This document shows positions 20,048 through 32,200 of a stretch of 64,000 nt of DNA, piece by piece. The translations under genes and the position numbers were made by a program. The notes below the pieces were generated by a model, which searched no databases, was not told the DNA's origin, and saw only the letters and a program-made list of their open reading frames with translations. Numbering within the stretch: position 1 is the first letter of the stretch; each line of letters begins with the position of its first letter. Origin of the DNA: Candidatus Borrarchaeum weybense (lineage in GTDB: Archaea; Asgardarchaeota; Sifarchaeia; Borrarchaeales; Borrarchaeaceae); assembly GCA_019057385.1 (NCBI GenBank), contig JAHQJS010000006.1, positions 741,038 through 805,037 on the forward strand. Reading direction: 5' to 3'.

Positions 20048-21577
20048 TTAATGGACCATAACTAACTCGGGATGACGTCGCTCATAATAGCGGATATATG
20101 CTTTTAGAACTTCGATCATTGCACGGATTCCCATCTTAACTATAGCCTTATGACCTATTTCGCTGGCAACCACTCTATAATTTCTGTCCATGTGTTTAAT
20201 GTTGTGTCTCCAGCAGTCCAATAGAATACGAGCATGGTATGGTGTCATATTGTCTGCTATGAACGCTCTGGAGTTTTTCATACTTGTAACCTGCATCGGG
20301 ACGAAGAAAAGTGGTATATACAAGTGAGGAAATGCGTCAAGTCTTTTTATTAGTTCAATAGTATCTTTCATTTCATCTGGTCCTTCACTGGGAAGTCCTG
20401 ATACTAATGTACAGACATTCGTCCAACCCAAATTGGCACAAGTTCGTAGAGCGTCGTATATCATGTCTGGATATTCTTCTGATGAGAAAGGAAGGGCTTT
20501 ACCATGCATTATTTCTTCAATTGTTTTAGAGCATCCTGTTTCGATTCCTGGTTGACATCCATAATACCTATGTCCTTTGCTTCGGAGGTATTTAGTTAAT
20601 CGTTCAAAAAAGTCTGGGTCGAAAGCCATTGGTGCTAAAGTCGAATGGGTTACAAACACCCGACTTATGCCAACATCCTCAAAGAGTGTTTTGTAAAGAT
20701 TCATTATAGCATCTTCGTCCGGGTAGAAGTGCTTTGAGTTGGAACCATATAAGAACACATCCTCTGACTGTAGACACATAGAATTATCACGGCTTCCCTT
20801 AGCATTTATTTTTGCATCATGCAATATTTTTTCAAGAGGGAAATCTCGCATCTTTCCAGCAGTGTTCGGGGCACAGAATTTACATCCTCTCCCGCATCCT
20901 CGTGAAATCTCCGTATAAGTGCCAAGCGCTGGACCCTGTATTAGAGGCACATCTTTTGGTTTTACTTGTCTTCCATAAAACACTCTTCTGTCAAGGCTTC
21001 CATTATTTTCCGGGCTTGCAAGTTGGCTAAAGAGTTCTGGAATTACATATTCTCCTTCGCCGATTACTAAATGATCTATACCAAATTTATCCATGTGAGC
21101 TTCGACTTCCCATGCACCTGGGCCGCCCATAACAACTTTAAATCCATATTTATTCTTTAGTTCCTTAACTTTTCTCATTAATCTAAAATATTCGATTCGG
21201 TTATGTGGAATGCCCTTAAAAATGGTGCTCCACGTTGATGTAGCAGGACCGATGCCCAATGGGTCTTCTGCTGAAATACCAACGATTTTTGTATTCTTGT
21301 TTATCAACTTATCCAAATAAAGCGAATGTGTAACTTTTACTTGTTCTCTGGAAAAACCACTCTGTATACATGTTGCTTCAATGGTCCTAAGACCGAGAGT
21401 TGCCCGAACTAAAGTTCCATCAGGGTAAGCTGGTTCGAGTGGGCAAAAGAACTTGAAGTAAATCCAGTGTGGACATATATTTTGTGGTAAACAAGCGCCA
21501 AATCCGACGTATGGGATCCCATTGTAATCGCTTGTTAGTGATAGATCTGAGGTTAATACGATTTCTGCACGTGCCAT
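20048..21577 (-). CDS. B12-binding-domain radical SAM protein
   Basis: EISRGCGRGCKFC; VVMGGPGAW, GEGE. Confidence 0.85.
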   Translation of the reverse strand: MARAEIVLTSDLSLTSDYNGIPYVGFGACLPQNICPHWIYFKFFCPLEPAYPDGTLVRATLGLRTIEATCIQSGFSREQVKVTHSLYLDKLINKNTKIVGISAEDPLGIGPATSTWSTIFKGIPHNRIEYFRLMRKVKELKNKYGFKVVMGGPGAWEVEAHMDKFGIDHLVIGEGEYVIPELFSQLASPENNGSLDRRVFYGRQVKPKDVPLIQGPALGTYTEISRGCGRGCKFCAPNTAGKMRDFPLEKILHDAKINAKGSRDNSMCLQSEDVFLYGSNSKHFYPDEDAIMNLYKTLFEDVGISRVFVTHSTLAPMAFDPDFFERLTKYLRSKGHRYYGCQPGIETGCSKTIEEIMHGKALPFSSEEYPDMIYDALRTCANLGWTNVCTLVSGLPSEGPDEMKDTIELIKRLDAFPHLYIPLFFVPMQVTSMKNSRAFIADNMTPYHARILLDCWRHNIKHMDRNYRVVASEIGHKAIVKMGIRAMIEVLKAYIRYYERRHPELVMVH

Positions 21578-22028
21578 GTAAATTCACCTGCCCCTTAAGA
21601 CAAGAAAGTTTCGTCATAGTTCTGAATAAATAGATAGGATTCTATACAATAGTTAACGATCATTTTTAGTACACAATTACATTTTCTAATTTGTATTAAT
21701 TTTACGTGAGTACTATCGAGGTCTAAAACACGTTAACCGATATTTTAGCAGTTGTATCATTAACTTGTATTTAAGAATCTTTTCTATTTCATACACTTAA
21801 AAGTATATAAATAGTGCGATTTTGGAGTATATAGTGCTATATAGCGCTGCGATATTGGAAAAAACGTCAATAAGTATAATAGTCTTATCATTTGGGTAGA
21901 AATCTTTCACATCAATTACGAGTAAAAGTCGTTGTTTATCTCTACCATAGAGTAACAACCACCATTTAATTTTTATATTAAAACTTATGACTATAACTCT
22001 CCTTGAAAAAAATTGAGGGATAGAGTTA

Positions 22029-24956
22029 ATGCAAATTAGCGCAAATCTGGCTCAGTATACAAGTTTATTCGTTATTATTTTAGTGATACTTGCTGTGATC
22101 ATTGTTTGGAAGGAAAAATGGATTATTGGAATGGCATTTAGAAATTTCAAACGAAAAAAAGTCAGAAATACGCTGACTGTTATAGGTGTGCTCTTTAGTG
22201 TTGCTATGTTGGTAGGGTTTAATATAGCAAGACAAAATGTGACAAGTACATTTTACAATACTATTGAACTTGCTGCGGGTAAATTAGATCTTGAGGTTAC
22301 GAGAGCTGATGGTGAGCCATTTCCAGAGGACCTAATGCATCTTCTTGACGATATAGATGGCATTGAAGCGTATGCCCCAAGAATTCAGCGTTACTGTGTG
22401 ATTTACGTTCATGATAGCTGGAATTCTACGATGGCTACAGTTATTGGAATAGATCCAACATTGGACCAAGCTTTTGGAGACATCTTTGACATTAATGGAT
22501 CTCAACCAATCAATCACCTAGTAACTGATGGTAATGCAATTGTTTCGGAATCATTAAAGGATGGTATTTCTGGAGAACAAGATGAAAAAATTGTGAATGC
22601 ATCAATAGGAAATAAACTTAACATTAAATACTATCATGATCCACCACGTTCCCGATCCAAAGGATTTAATATTGCTGCTTTTGCGGAAGGTAAGGGAAAA
22701 ATCGCTCAAGTTGGCTATGGGCGTGTTGTCATCGTAACTTTAGATAGTGCTAGACAATTTACCAAAACTTGGCGTAAGATTGACAAAATAATAGTAAATC
22801 TTGAAGAAGAAAGTAGAAAAGATTACAAAGCCGTTATAGCTGATATAGAAGTTAAACTCGGTAAAGATTTCAGAGTTGACGCAGTTAGAGAAAGTTTACT
22901 GGCGGTTGCAGAAGGCGCGGTATCGGGTTTTGACACTGCTTTGAATTGGGCTGGATTAATTACCTTATTGGCGTCTGTATTTCTAGTATTTAATAGCATC
23001 GTGATGACAGTAACAGAAAGGCGTTACGAGTTAGGCATAATGCGTGCTATCGGCATGTCAAAATTTCAGGTGTTTCGTCTAATTTTATATGAGGTAATTA
23101 TTTTAGGTGGAATAGGATCTATTATAGGTTCATTTGGAGGAGTCTTAGTTGCTCATGGAATAACTACTTACGTTTCAAATACAACTGTTTATGGCTTTCG
23201 AGTCATAATAGAGTCTGTTGAGCTAGATCCTTCAATTATTTTTAGTGGTTTTATCATGGGCTTTCTTTTTGCAGTTGGAGGTGCCCTTTTCCCGCTAGGA
23301 TCCGTAGTCACTATGAAAGTCGTTACAGCTTTACATGGTGATTCCCACGAAGCCGGAAAGAGGAAAATTTCCCGTGGATTATTAGTTGGCGGCATTATAT
23401 TAGCTATAGTAGGATTCGGATTACTCTTTATAGCCCCATCGATTCCTGCAGCTAACTTATCTGATTTCTTGTCTATAACGCTCTTATTATGTATCTCTGG
23501 GGTCTCAATAGCGGTCTCAAAATACAATAGAAAAGCAGCCAGTCTTGTCGCAGGGATCGGTCTTACTGCCACTGGAGCACTCATTACAATAACCGCGGTT
23601 TCCTATTTGAGTGAGATCGTTTTACTTGTTGGAAGCATAATTCTCTGCGGATCACTTCTTAGCATTGTATCGCGAGGCTTTTATCGATTATTGAATAGTA
23701 TACCTGCCTTTCGAACAGTTGCTAAAATTGCTAGTAGAAACCTAACACGCCGTCCTCTTCGATCAACTCTTACATTTGGAATTTTCACGATCGCGATCTC
23801 TCTCTCGATCTTATTTGCATCAATTAACTCAGCTGTTGATATAGGTATAACTCATTACATTGAGGAAGGACTCAATATGGACTTAATAGTGACAACAAAT
23901 ACTGGTGCTCCACCAACTCTAGCAGGGAATCTATCACGAATTGAAGGTGTTCATTGGACGAATGACACGCCTACAGAAGAATGGAGACCTGGTGTAAGCG
24001 TAGCTGAACTATCTGGGGCAAAATTTGAAATCTGGGATGAAGGAGAGACCTCTTTATTAGTGGCTGTGAATTCTTCAACCTTTCCTCTTGCTATTGAACA
24101 GGATTTAATCGAGCCTAATCCGAATACGACAGATATCGTTGCCCTCTTTGACCAATTAGGAGGAACAGGAGATAATAAGTGCATCATAAGTGATAGACTT
24201 GCAGAGGAACTTCATGTGAAAGTTGGTCAAAAAACCAAACTTGAAATATCTGCCCATGGAAATTCTACAGAATTTAAAATCATTGGTATTGTACACAATG
24301 ACTTGATTGGTTACCCGAAGGGTGGATATTTCTGCATTATTGATATAGAAAAATACTATGATTTCGGTTTTGATGATGATGTGCATGTTTTTTACGTTAA
24401 ACTTCGAAATCACCATTGGAATGGAACGGTCGTTGATCAAGATAAAGTTGCACAACAGATTCTTGATTTATATGGCGATGAGTATAATCTAAGTATTATA
24501 AAGACAAAAGACATCGTAGAAGAATGGCGGGTGAACGTGACAGAAACTACGCAATTTATGGCTGTTCTTTCATCGTCATCTATCATAATAGCTTTACTTT
24601 GTTTAGCTACAACAATGATACGAATTGTCCAGGAAAGACAACGTGAAATCGGATTGCTTCGCTCTGTTGGATACTACAGATCCGAGATAGTCAAACTCCT
24701 TCTTGGCGAATCATTACTCTTAGCTGTTCTAGGACTATCAGTTGGGATCATAAACGGCTATATTCTGGCTGCAAGCTATCTCCCACATTTCAAGGAAATC
24801 GGTTTCACGCCGTATGAAGTGACATTCGTGTTTCCAGCTCTTCAAACTATTATAGTGGCCATTCTCGGGATAGTCGTTGCGACAGTAGGTACCGCTTTTC
24901 CAGCATACAAAGCACTTCGGATGAGTCCTGCACAAGCTGTACGATATACGGGCTGA
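22029..24956 (+). CDS. FtsX/MacB-like ABC transporter permease (duplicated)
   Basis: ERRYELGIMRAIGM and ERQREIGLLRSVGY; many TMs. Confidence 0.9.
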   Translation: MQISANLAQYTSLFVIILVILAVIIVWKEKWIIGMAFRNFKRKKVRNTLTVIGVLFSVAMLVGFNIARQNVTSTFYNTIELAAGKLDLEVTRADGEPFPEDLMHLLDDIDGIEAYAPRIQRYCVIYVHDSWNSTMATVIGIDPTLDQAFGDIFDINGSQPINHLVTDGNAIVSESLKDGISGEQDEKIVNASIGNKLNIKYYHDPPRSRSKGFNIAAFAEGKGKIAQVGYGRVVIVTLDSARQFTKTWRKIDKIIVNLEEESRKDYKAVIADIEVKLGKDFRVDAVRESLLAVAEGAVSGFDTALNWAGLITLLASVFLVFNSIVMTVTERRYELGIMRAIGMSKFQVFRLILYEVIILGGIGSIIGSFGGVLVAHGITTYVSNTTVYGFRVIIESVELDPSIIFSGFIMGFLFAVGGALFPLGSVVTMKVVTALHGDSHEAGKRKISRGLLVGGIILAIVGFGLLFIAPSIPAANLSDFLSITLLLCISGVSIAVSKYNRKAASLVAGIGLTATGALITITAVSYLSEIVLLVGSIILCGSLLSIVSRGFYRLLNSIPAFRTVAKIASRNLTRRPLRSTLTFGIFTIAISLSILFASINSAVDIGITHYIEEGLNMDLIVTTNTGAPPTLAGNLSRIEGVHWTNDTPTEEWRPGVSVAELSGAKFEIWDEGETSLLVAVNSSTFPLAIEQDLIEPNPNTTDIVALFDQLGGTGDNKCIISDRLAEELHVKVGQKTKLEISAHGNSTEFKIIGIVHNDLIGYPKGGYFCIIDIEKYYDFGFDDDVHVFYVKLRNHHWNGTVVDQDKVAQQILDLYGDEYNLSIIKTKDIVEEWRVNVTETTQFMAVLSSSSIIIALLCLATTMIRIVQERQREIGLLRSVGYYRSEIVKLLLGESLLLAVLGLSVGIINGYILAASYLPHFKEIGFTPYEVTFVFPALQTIIVAILGIVVATVGTAFPAYKALRMSPAQAVRYTG

Positions 24957-25087
24957 ACCTCTCCTTTTCATAATTATCTTAAACATCCTCAAAGATTTCA
25001 AGCAACCCTTTTTTCCTTTTTCTTGAAATTCTTTTCGAAAACAAAGACTAATAAAAAATAGTTCGTATTTTGGTTTGGTGAAAAAAT

Positions 25088-25579
25088 TTGAATGTCACTT
25101 GTCCAATGTGTGGAGCACAATTCAACTCTCCTGAGGAATTAATAGCTCATGTTAAGAGCGAACATGGCATTGAAATAGATCAAGACTTTATGAAAAACTT
25201 AATGGAAGGAATAGGTACCCTTTTCGCTGATATGTTTAGCGGAAAAAGTGATATGTCTTCTGATGAAGAAGAAGATAATAAAGAGGCCGATCCTAGTTTA
25301 TTTTTTGGAAACATGATGGAGCAGTTGATGAAGACTGTAACTGAAAGCTTACAAAATATTAATACTGATGACACGAACCAAGGCCTACCAAATCCTTTTG
25401 CGATGATGATGAAAAACATGTTTGACCAGGCAATTCAGACTGAACCCGAGTCTAAAGATGAGCCTCCCTCTTCTAGTACAAATGAAGATGATGCTATATT
25501 CAAAGAAAATTCTATAGAAATACCTTTCTCGTCCGATGATGACGAAAAAAAGAAAGATAAAAAAGAAAGTAATGAATGA
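25088..25579 (+). CDS. C2H2 zinc-finger protein with acidic low-complexity tail
   Basis: CPMCGAQFNSPEELIAHVKSEH. Confidence 0.75.
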   Translation: MNVTCPMCGAQFNSPEELIAHVKSEHGIEIDQDFMKNLMEGIGTLFADMFSGKSDMSSDEEEDNKEADPSLFFGNMMEQLMKTVTESLQNINTDDTNQGLPNPFAMMMKNMFDQAIQTEPESKDEPPSSSTNEDDAIFKENSIEIPFSSDDDEKKKDKKESNE

Positions 25580-25638
25580 TATCTATAAGGGTATCTTGAT
25601 TTCTATTTTAATTCTGATCAACTTTTGAGGATTTTATC

Positions 25639-27285
25639 ATGTCTGACGATTATGAGTTGTGGTTTAATGAAGCCTTCGACAAAGGAGAACTTGGGAATTA
25701 TCGCGGTGCTATTGAACTCTATAAAAAGGTCGTTGAAGCAAAGCCAGATTATCAGGCGGCTTGGTTTAACATGGGGCTCATGTACAGCAATATCGAAGTT
25801 TACGACGAATCAATTGAATGCTACAAGAAGGCGATTGAATTAGATCCAACGGACGGTGCAGCATGGGATAATCTTGGATACGTCTACAACAAGACAGGTG
25901 AGTATGAAGAATCGATCCGTTGTCACAAGGAAGCCATTGAAAAACGACTCCCAAATGCAGCTAATGCTTGGAATAATTTAGGGATAGCGTATCATAACGT
26001 TAACGATTTCAAGAACGCCGAAGATGCTTATAAAAAGGCAATCGAGTTAGACCCTGGTTTTAACTTTCCATATCGTAACATTGCTGACGTTTACATCGAC
26101 AATTCTGAATATCAACTTGCTGAACAGTATTATAAAAAAGCACTAGAAATTGATGAGGAATATGTCTCCGCATGGAATGGTTTGGGAAATGCCTATTGGA
26201 ACCAGAATAATTATGAAGACGCAAAAAAGGCGTATAGAAAAGCAATAGACCTCGATCCAACTTTTAAATTTGCATGGAAGAACATGGGTGATTTACTCGT
26301 CGAACTTGGCGAGAATGATGAAGCAGTTGAGCATTACTTGAAGACTTTGGATTTGGATACGGGTTATATCTCAGCTTTAAATGGGTTAGGCAATGCTTAC
26401 TACAATCATGGAGATTTTGAAAATGCTAAAAAAGCTTACGAGAAAGCATTGGACATAGATCCGAATTATAAGTTCGCGTTACGAAACCTTGGCGATCTCT
26501 TATATGATGAGATAAAGTATCAAGAAGCAATCAGTTATTATGACAAAGCATTAGCCATCGACCCAGATAATGTCGTTATACTGAATTCTTTAGCTAACTG
26601 TTACTATGGCTTAGATCAATTCGCGAAAGCGAGAGAAATCTATGAAAAAGCGTTGGAAATAGATCCAGATTACAAATTTGCGATGGCTAACATTGGTAAT
26701 CTCCTTTACGCACAAGGTAACTACACTGAAGCCTTAGAATACTTCAAGAACGCTATAGAGATAGACCCTGACTACGTATTTGCAATTAATGGCTTAGGAA
26801 ACACTTATCTTGAACTTGGTGAGTATAAAAAGGCTAGTGAAAGTTATCAGAGACTCCTCGACAACAATCCAGAAGATGAAGACGGACTCATTAATATGGG
26901 AGTCGTTCATAGTCGTTTGGGAGAGTATTCTAAATCAATTGAATATTATTCAAAACTTATCGATCTCAAAGAAGCTAAAGAAAGGAGTCCTCCCAGATTA
27001 GTCATAAAAAATCTGGCTCTTTCCTATGAAAGTCTTGGAGAATTGAATAAGGCAGCAGAGTCTTACCAAAAAATAATCTATCTTTGGCCATCAGACGCGG
27101 AGGGCCATTATGATCTTGGAATGATCTATAAAAAAATGGGTGAGGATAAGAAAGCAGAAGATGCCTTCACTAATGCCTTAGAGTTTGACCCGGAAACATA
27201 TGAATCGAAAATACGAAATGAAGGTTTAAGTCCAGAAGAAATTCTAGGCAGACAATTGTTGATGAACTTCCAAACTAAAAAATAG
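25639..27285 (+). CDS. TPR-repeat protein
   Basis: Many 34-aa AW.NLG..Y...YKKA.E.DP repeats. Confidence 0.92.
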   Translation: MSDDYELWFNEAFDKGELGNYRGAIELYKKVVEAKPDYQAAWFNMGLMYSNIEVYDESIECYKKAIELDPTDGAAWDNLGYVYNKTGEYEESIRCHKEAIEKRLPNAANAWNNLGIAYHNVNDFKNAEDAYKKAIELDPGFNFPYRNIADVYIDNSEYQLAEQYYKKALEIDEEYVSAWNGLGNAYWNQNNYEDAKKAYRKAIDLDPTFKFAWKNMGDLLVELGENDEAVEHYLKTLDLDTGYISALNGLGNAYYNHGDFENAKKAYEKALDIDPNYKFALRNLGDLLYDEIKYQEAISYYDKALAIDPDNVVILNSLANCYYGLDQFAKAREIYEKALEIDPDYKFAMANIGNLLYAQGNYTEALEYFKNAIEIDPDYVFAINGLGNTYLELGEYKKASESYQRLLDNNPEDEDGLINMGVVHSRLGEYSKSIEYYSKLIDLKEAKERSPPRLVIKNLALSYESLGELNKAAESYQKIIYLWPSDAEGHYDLGMIYKKMGEDKKAEDAFTNALEFDPETYESKIRNEGLSPEEILGRQLLMNFQTKK

Positions 27286-27429
27286 CGATATAAGTAAATA
27301 ACGTTTAGAAACAAATGATTTTCAAGGACACATTGCGTTAATTTTCACAAGTCATTTTTCAATCATTTTAATGGAAATTAAAAAAAGAACGTTTATTGCT
27401 TTTGCGAATTGTACTTCACATTAACCCAT

Positions 27430-27591
27430 TTACTCTTCAATAATCTCCATTATCACAGAAACATGCACTTTCGCTGTCTCTTTTGCCTGTGTAGTCTTTT
27501 TAAAATCCTCAATAATTTGCAAAAATGGAGGCGCTATCGATGAAAGAGCACCTTCAATTTCATAGTTTACACTATAGACCTTCCTTGACAT
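27430..27591 (-). CDS. Small hypothetical protein (53 aa, below track cutoff)
   Basis: MSRKVYSVNYEIEGALSS...VSVIMEIIEE*; GGTGA RBS upstream. Confidence 0.55.
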   Translation of the reverse strand: MSRKVYSVNYEIEGALSSIAPPFLQIIEDFKKTTQAKETAKVHVSVIMEIIEE

Positions 27592-27851
27592 AATATCACC
27601 AGTAGATAGATATATCTAAAAATTCACAAATTTCATAAGGTAAAATGAACGTTAGCTATCAAGGACAAAGAGCATTAGATTAGTATAAAACAATTAGTTT
27701 AGTTACATATTTCCTCTAAACTAAGATATTTGCAATATCATGATAAAAGTAGAATATTTATCTGATTGTAGTGGCTAAAAGTGAATTTCTGAATTGAAAA
27801 CCGAAAGAAGAAGACAATCCTAAAAAACCTTATTTCAAGAGTTGCAGAAAG

Positions 27852-28601
27852 ATGGGTAAAATCGATGGATGCGAACTGTGTGATGCCTATGATGATTGCC
27901 TCCATGATAAGGTAGTTAATAATGTTGTTAATCATAAAATCTTTCAGGATGAATGGAAAACAGTTTATAAGTCAATGATGCCATCAAAAGTGTTGAGTTT
28001 TTTAAGAGCTCAGGAGAAAGCACTACGGAAAAAAAATGAGGATGAATTTGGCAAATTTGACTCCCATAAGTTACGTGTGTGTATTTTTATCAATGCGCTA
28101 GGTGCATGGCCAGGAAAGAAGATAAGCAATACCCTCAGAAACTCTTTGATAAAGGAAGTACAAAAAGCAGTAGACTTTATCCCAACACTTGAAACTCAAT
28201 TAGATGATTCAACCGTAAAAACCCTCGTAGACTTGAAAAATCATCAGAAAAAACAAGAGTTATATCAACAAGAAGAAACTGTACAACGTCTTTTACAAAC
28301 TTCTAAAACCCTTAGAGAAAATTCTAAAACAAATCTTGGTGCGAGGTATGAGATTAACCGAGAAATCTCAGAATATTTAAAAGAAGTGCAATATGCAAGT
28401 CCACAAGTAGCAGAATATTTTCTTGAGGAAGGAAATGATTGGTACAATTTAGCTCAAACCTCTGAGGCAAAATGGGTTGAAGCATCAATGGAATGGATTG
28501 AAATAGCGAAACTTATTTTTAATCGACTGGAATGGACTCAAGAAGTTGAAAAATGTGAAAAAATAATCTATCATCTCAAAAATTTGCCCAGTAGTGGTTG
28601 A
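27852..28601 (+). CDS. Hypothetical helical protein with N-terminal Cys cluster
   Basis: CELCDAYDDCLH, then a helical region. Confidence 0.7.
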   Translation: MGKIDGCELCDAYDDCLHDKVVNNVVNHKIFQDEWKTVYKSMMPSKVLSFLRAQEKALRKKNEDEFGKFDSHKLRVCIFINALGAWPGKKISNTLRNSLIKEVQKAVDFIPTLETQLDDSTVKTLVDLKNHQKKQELYQQEETVQRLLQTSKTLRENSKTNLGARYEINREISEYLKEVQYASPQVAEYFLEEGNDWYNLAQTSEAKWVEASMEWIEIAKLIFNRLEWTQEVEKCEKIIYHLKNLPSSG

Positions 28602-28651
28602 GGCATAGATTTATTTATGTTTAACAGAATTTTAATCTTAAAAAATACAAG

Positions 28652-28891
28652 ATGAAAGAGATGTCAGAAAAACAGATTCTGGAAGAGAAGATAAAACGTC
28701 TACTTAAATTATCACGAGAAGCTATGAGTCTTAGTTCAGAAATATTTAGGGATGTTGTCGCCCCTAAGAATGTTCTTCAAAAGTTTACTGAAGTAGTAAA
28801 CGGAATAGGACTTGCCACTAAAATTCTAACAGGTCAAAAAATCGAACTTCCAAAAGAATTTCTTGAAAAGAAGAAAATTGAGGTGGAATAA
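28652..28891 (+). CDS. Small helical protein (paralog A)
   Basis: MSEKQILEEKIKRLLKLSRE; similar to the next gene. Confidence 0.7.
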   Translation: MKEMSEKQILEEKIKRLLKLSREAMSLSSEIFRDVVAPKNVLQKFTEVVNGIGLATKILTGQKIELPKEFLEKKKIEVE

Positions 28892-29092
28892 TTGTCTGAG
28901 CAAGAGTTGAACGAAAAACTCAAGAAGTTAATGGGCCTCTCCAAAGAAATCGTGGGGCTCACTGGAGAAATAGCAAAAGATTTAGCAGATGTAGCTCGTA
29001 AAGAAGCAGCAAAAACGCTGGAAGAGATTATGGTTGGCATTAAAAAGACAATGGATACTCTAAGTAAAAAGCCCGATAAACCTCCAGGCTAA
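28892..29092 (+). CDS. Small helical protein (paralog B)
   Basis: MSEQELNEKLKKLMGLSKE; GAGGTG RBS. Confidence 0.7.
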   Translation: MSEQELNEKLKKLMGLSKEIVGLTGEIAKDLADVARKEAAKTLEEIMVGIKKTMDTLSKKPDKPPG

Positions 29093-29227
29093 TCTAAATT
29101 CCCCTTATTTTTTTAAATTTAGTTAATTCATTTGCTTTTGAATCCATTAAAAGAACTTTTTTTAAGCATGTGTAGACTACATCTAATAGTGTAGAGCATA
29201 GACATTATAATTTTTTGAGGATTAAAA

Positions 29228-32200
29228 ATGGGAGTAGACGAAAGAAGCGCAAGTTTTGAATCCGCGCAATGTGTTCATTTACAAGACAAACCTTACATTA
29301 ATGAAGATTTTTTCAAGTGTGGAGTTATTCACGAGCTGTTACCTTCAGAGAGGGTTGATGGACTTTGCCAAACGAAGATTTGGAGAAAATGTGAGTATAT
29401 TTATGATCCTACGCGAGCTTGGAAAGAAGGGAAATGGCGTGACGTAGTTGGGCTTGATGTTGTAAAGCGAGAACTTGTTCAAAAAGTTCAGCACCCGCTC
29501 TTGTTTTATAAAAAATATTCAACTACTGGCGTATTACCCCAAAAGGTTATACTGCTTTTTGGGCCAGATGGTTGTGGTAAAGCTCGTTTATCCAAGGTTT
29601 TAGCTCATGAAAGTGGAGCCCATTTAGAAACACTTATTCCAAGAGAAATAGATCGATTAAAAACACTTGTTGAAGAAGCTAAAGAGCCTACGATAATATT
29701 CCTTGATGAAGTTGACATGGTTGCACAACCAGTCGAATACTTCCAACAGAGATCCTTGCCACTAGCACGCGATCCTGTATTGGTCCTGATGGACAGTATA
29801 GAAACATTAGACGAAACTAATAACCCTGTCGCACTAATTATGGCGACAGACCACCCAAAGTTAATCTTACGAACTTTACTTAAACAAGATTACATACCGG
29901 AGATTATGTATGTTCCACCACCTACTCTTCAAGAACGTGAGGAAATCATAAGGAAGTTTCTAAAGAGTCGTCCTCTTAAAGACGTTGATTTTAGCCGATT
30001 AGCTGAACTTACCAGAGATTTTTCAATTTTAGATATTAAGAAGTTCATTAGAAACTTAGAGCTTGAATGGCTAGAACGATCATTTAAAGAGCCGCAACCT
30101 GTCGAAATAACGATGTCGCAACTTCTACGACAGATCAAAGACGTCGTCCCCTCGCTGTCAAACGCCCTAATATCCCAATATGAGCAAGCAGCAAAACGTT
30201 GGGGTGCCATGGAAGAAGAATTACGGAGAAAACGTGAGAAAAAACTGACTTGGGAAGATGTCGGAGGTTATATTGAAGTCAAAGAACAATTAAAAGATAT
30301 TGTTGCTGTATTAGAGGAAGCTAACGAAACTGTTTCTCAATATAATTTGAAACCCCCTTCTGGAATCATTCTTTATGGGCCTCCTGGTTGCGGAAAAACG
30401 TATATAGCTAACGTATTAGCATCTGTCACAAAGGCGAACTTTCATACTGTAACTGCGGGCTCACTTTTGTCTAAATGGTATGGAGAAGCAGAACAAAATA
30501 TTACTGAGTTATTTGCGACAGCAAAAGTTGATCCACCAAGCATTATTTTCTTTGATGAATTGGAGGGATTATTTCAAACTAGGGGTGAAGCATCCCCAGT
30601 TCACAGTAGAATCGTTTCTGTGTTCCTTCAAGAACTCTCGAACTTAACCCCAGAAGATAGAGTCATTGTGATTGGCGCTACAAATAGACCACAAGACGTG
30701 GACATGGCATTTTTACGTCCTAGACGATTTGATGAATTAATTGGCATAGGACTTCCAGATCTTGAAGCGAGGAAGGCGATTTTCAAAGTTCATACGAAGG
30801 ATATGCCATTAACTGATGACATTGACCTCAACTTGTTAGCAGAGAAAACAGAGATGTTTACAGGAGCCGAAATTGCATTTATTTGTGATACGGCACGAAA
30901 AGCTGTTGCTAAAGAAGCTTTGAAGTCAGGATTTAGAAAAATAAAGATGGAAGACTTCGTCCAGCAGATCATTCAAGCCAAGCCGGGATTAACTGAAGAC
31001 GATGTGAGGCTGTTTAATGAAGCACAAGAAAGGTTCGGTAGGCGAAAATATGCTCCAAAGAAGAAAATAATTGAGAAGGAAAAAGAACTGAGTTGGAAAG
31101 ATGTTGGCGGTTACGCAGACGTAAAAGATTATATGAAAAACCTTGTGAAGATCCTAGAGTCAGAAGAATTGTTTGAAAAGTACGGACTCAAGCCCCCGAA
31201 AGGTTTACTCTTATATGGTCCTCCTGGCTGCGGTAAAAGTTACCTTTCAAAAGTTTTAGCTGCTGAAACTGATGCCAATTTTAAAGTTATTTCAGCAGGT
31301 ATAATGATGAGCAAGTTTTATGGTGAAACAGAGAAACAAATCCATGACTTATTCGTCCAGGCACGAAGAAACCCACCAACAATTCTGTTTTTTGACGAGT
31401 TAGAAGGTCTTTTTGTGCGAAGAGAAGCCATAGGAACAGGTTTTTCAGGTCATAAAACAGCAGTCTCTACATTACTAACCGAACTGAGCGAATTAAAAGC
31501 AGAAGATCGTGTATTAGTTATAGGCGCAACTAACAGACCTCAAGATATAGACCCTGCCTTTCTAAGACCAGGACGCTTTGATGAAAGGATTGGTATAGGA
31601 CCGCCTGACTTAACAGCACGGAAAGCAATCTTTGAAGTCCATGTAAGAGGTATGCCTTTGGCTAAAGATGTAGATTTCGATTTTTTAGCATTAAAGACCG
31701 AAAAATACACGGGAGCGGAAATTGAGTATATTTGCAATCAAACCAGAAGAAAGGTTGCTATAGAAGCTCTAAAATCAGGATTTCGAGAAGTAAAGATGGA
31801 AGATTTTCTTAATCAGCTTGAAGTTACAAAATCAGGCTTGTCACAAGAAGACATTCGACTATATGAAGAAGCACAGGAACGATTTGAAAGACAATTAATA
31901 TCTATAAGCAAGCAGAAGGTCTGGGAAGATGTCACTTTTGAGCAAATAGGCGGTTTATCAGAAGTTAAGGAGTTTCTGAAGAATTATGTAGGTTTTTTGG
32001 TGCAGCATTTTGATACAGTCCGAACTTCTGGATTATCATCAAGAGGCGGTATTATTCTATTTGGACCACCAGGTTGTGGAAAGACTGTTTTGATCAAAGC
32101 GGCTGTTAGAGATGCGAATGTAAACTTCTTTAAGTTTTCAGCACTTGAATTAAGGATCGCTGGTGGTTTCAACAAATTCAGCGATATGCTTCGCGACGCA

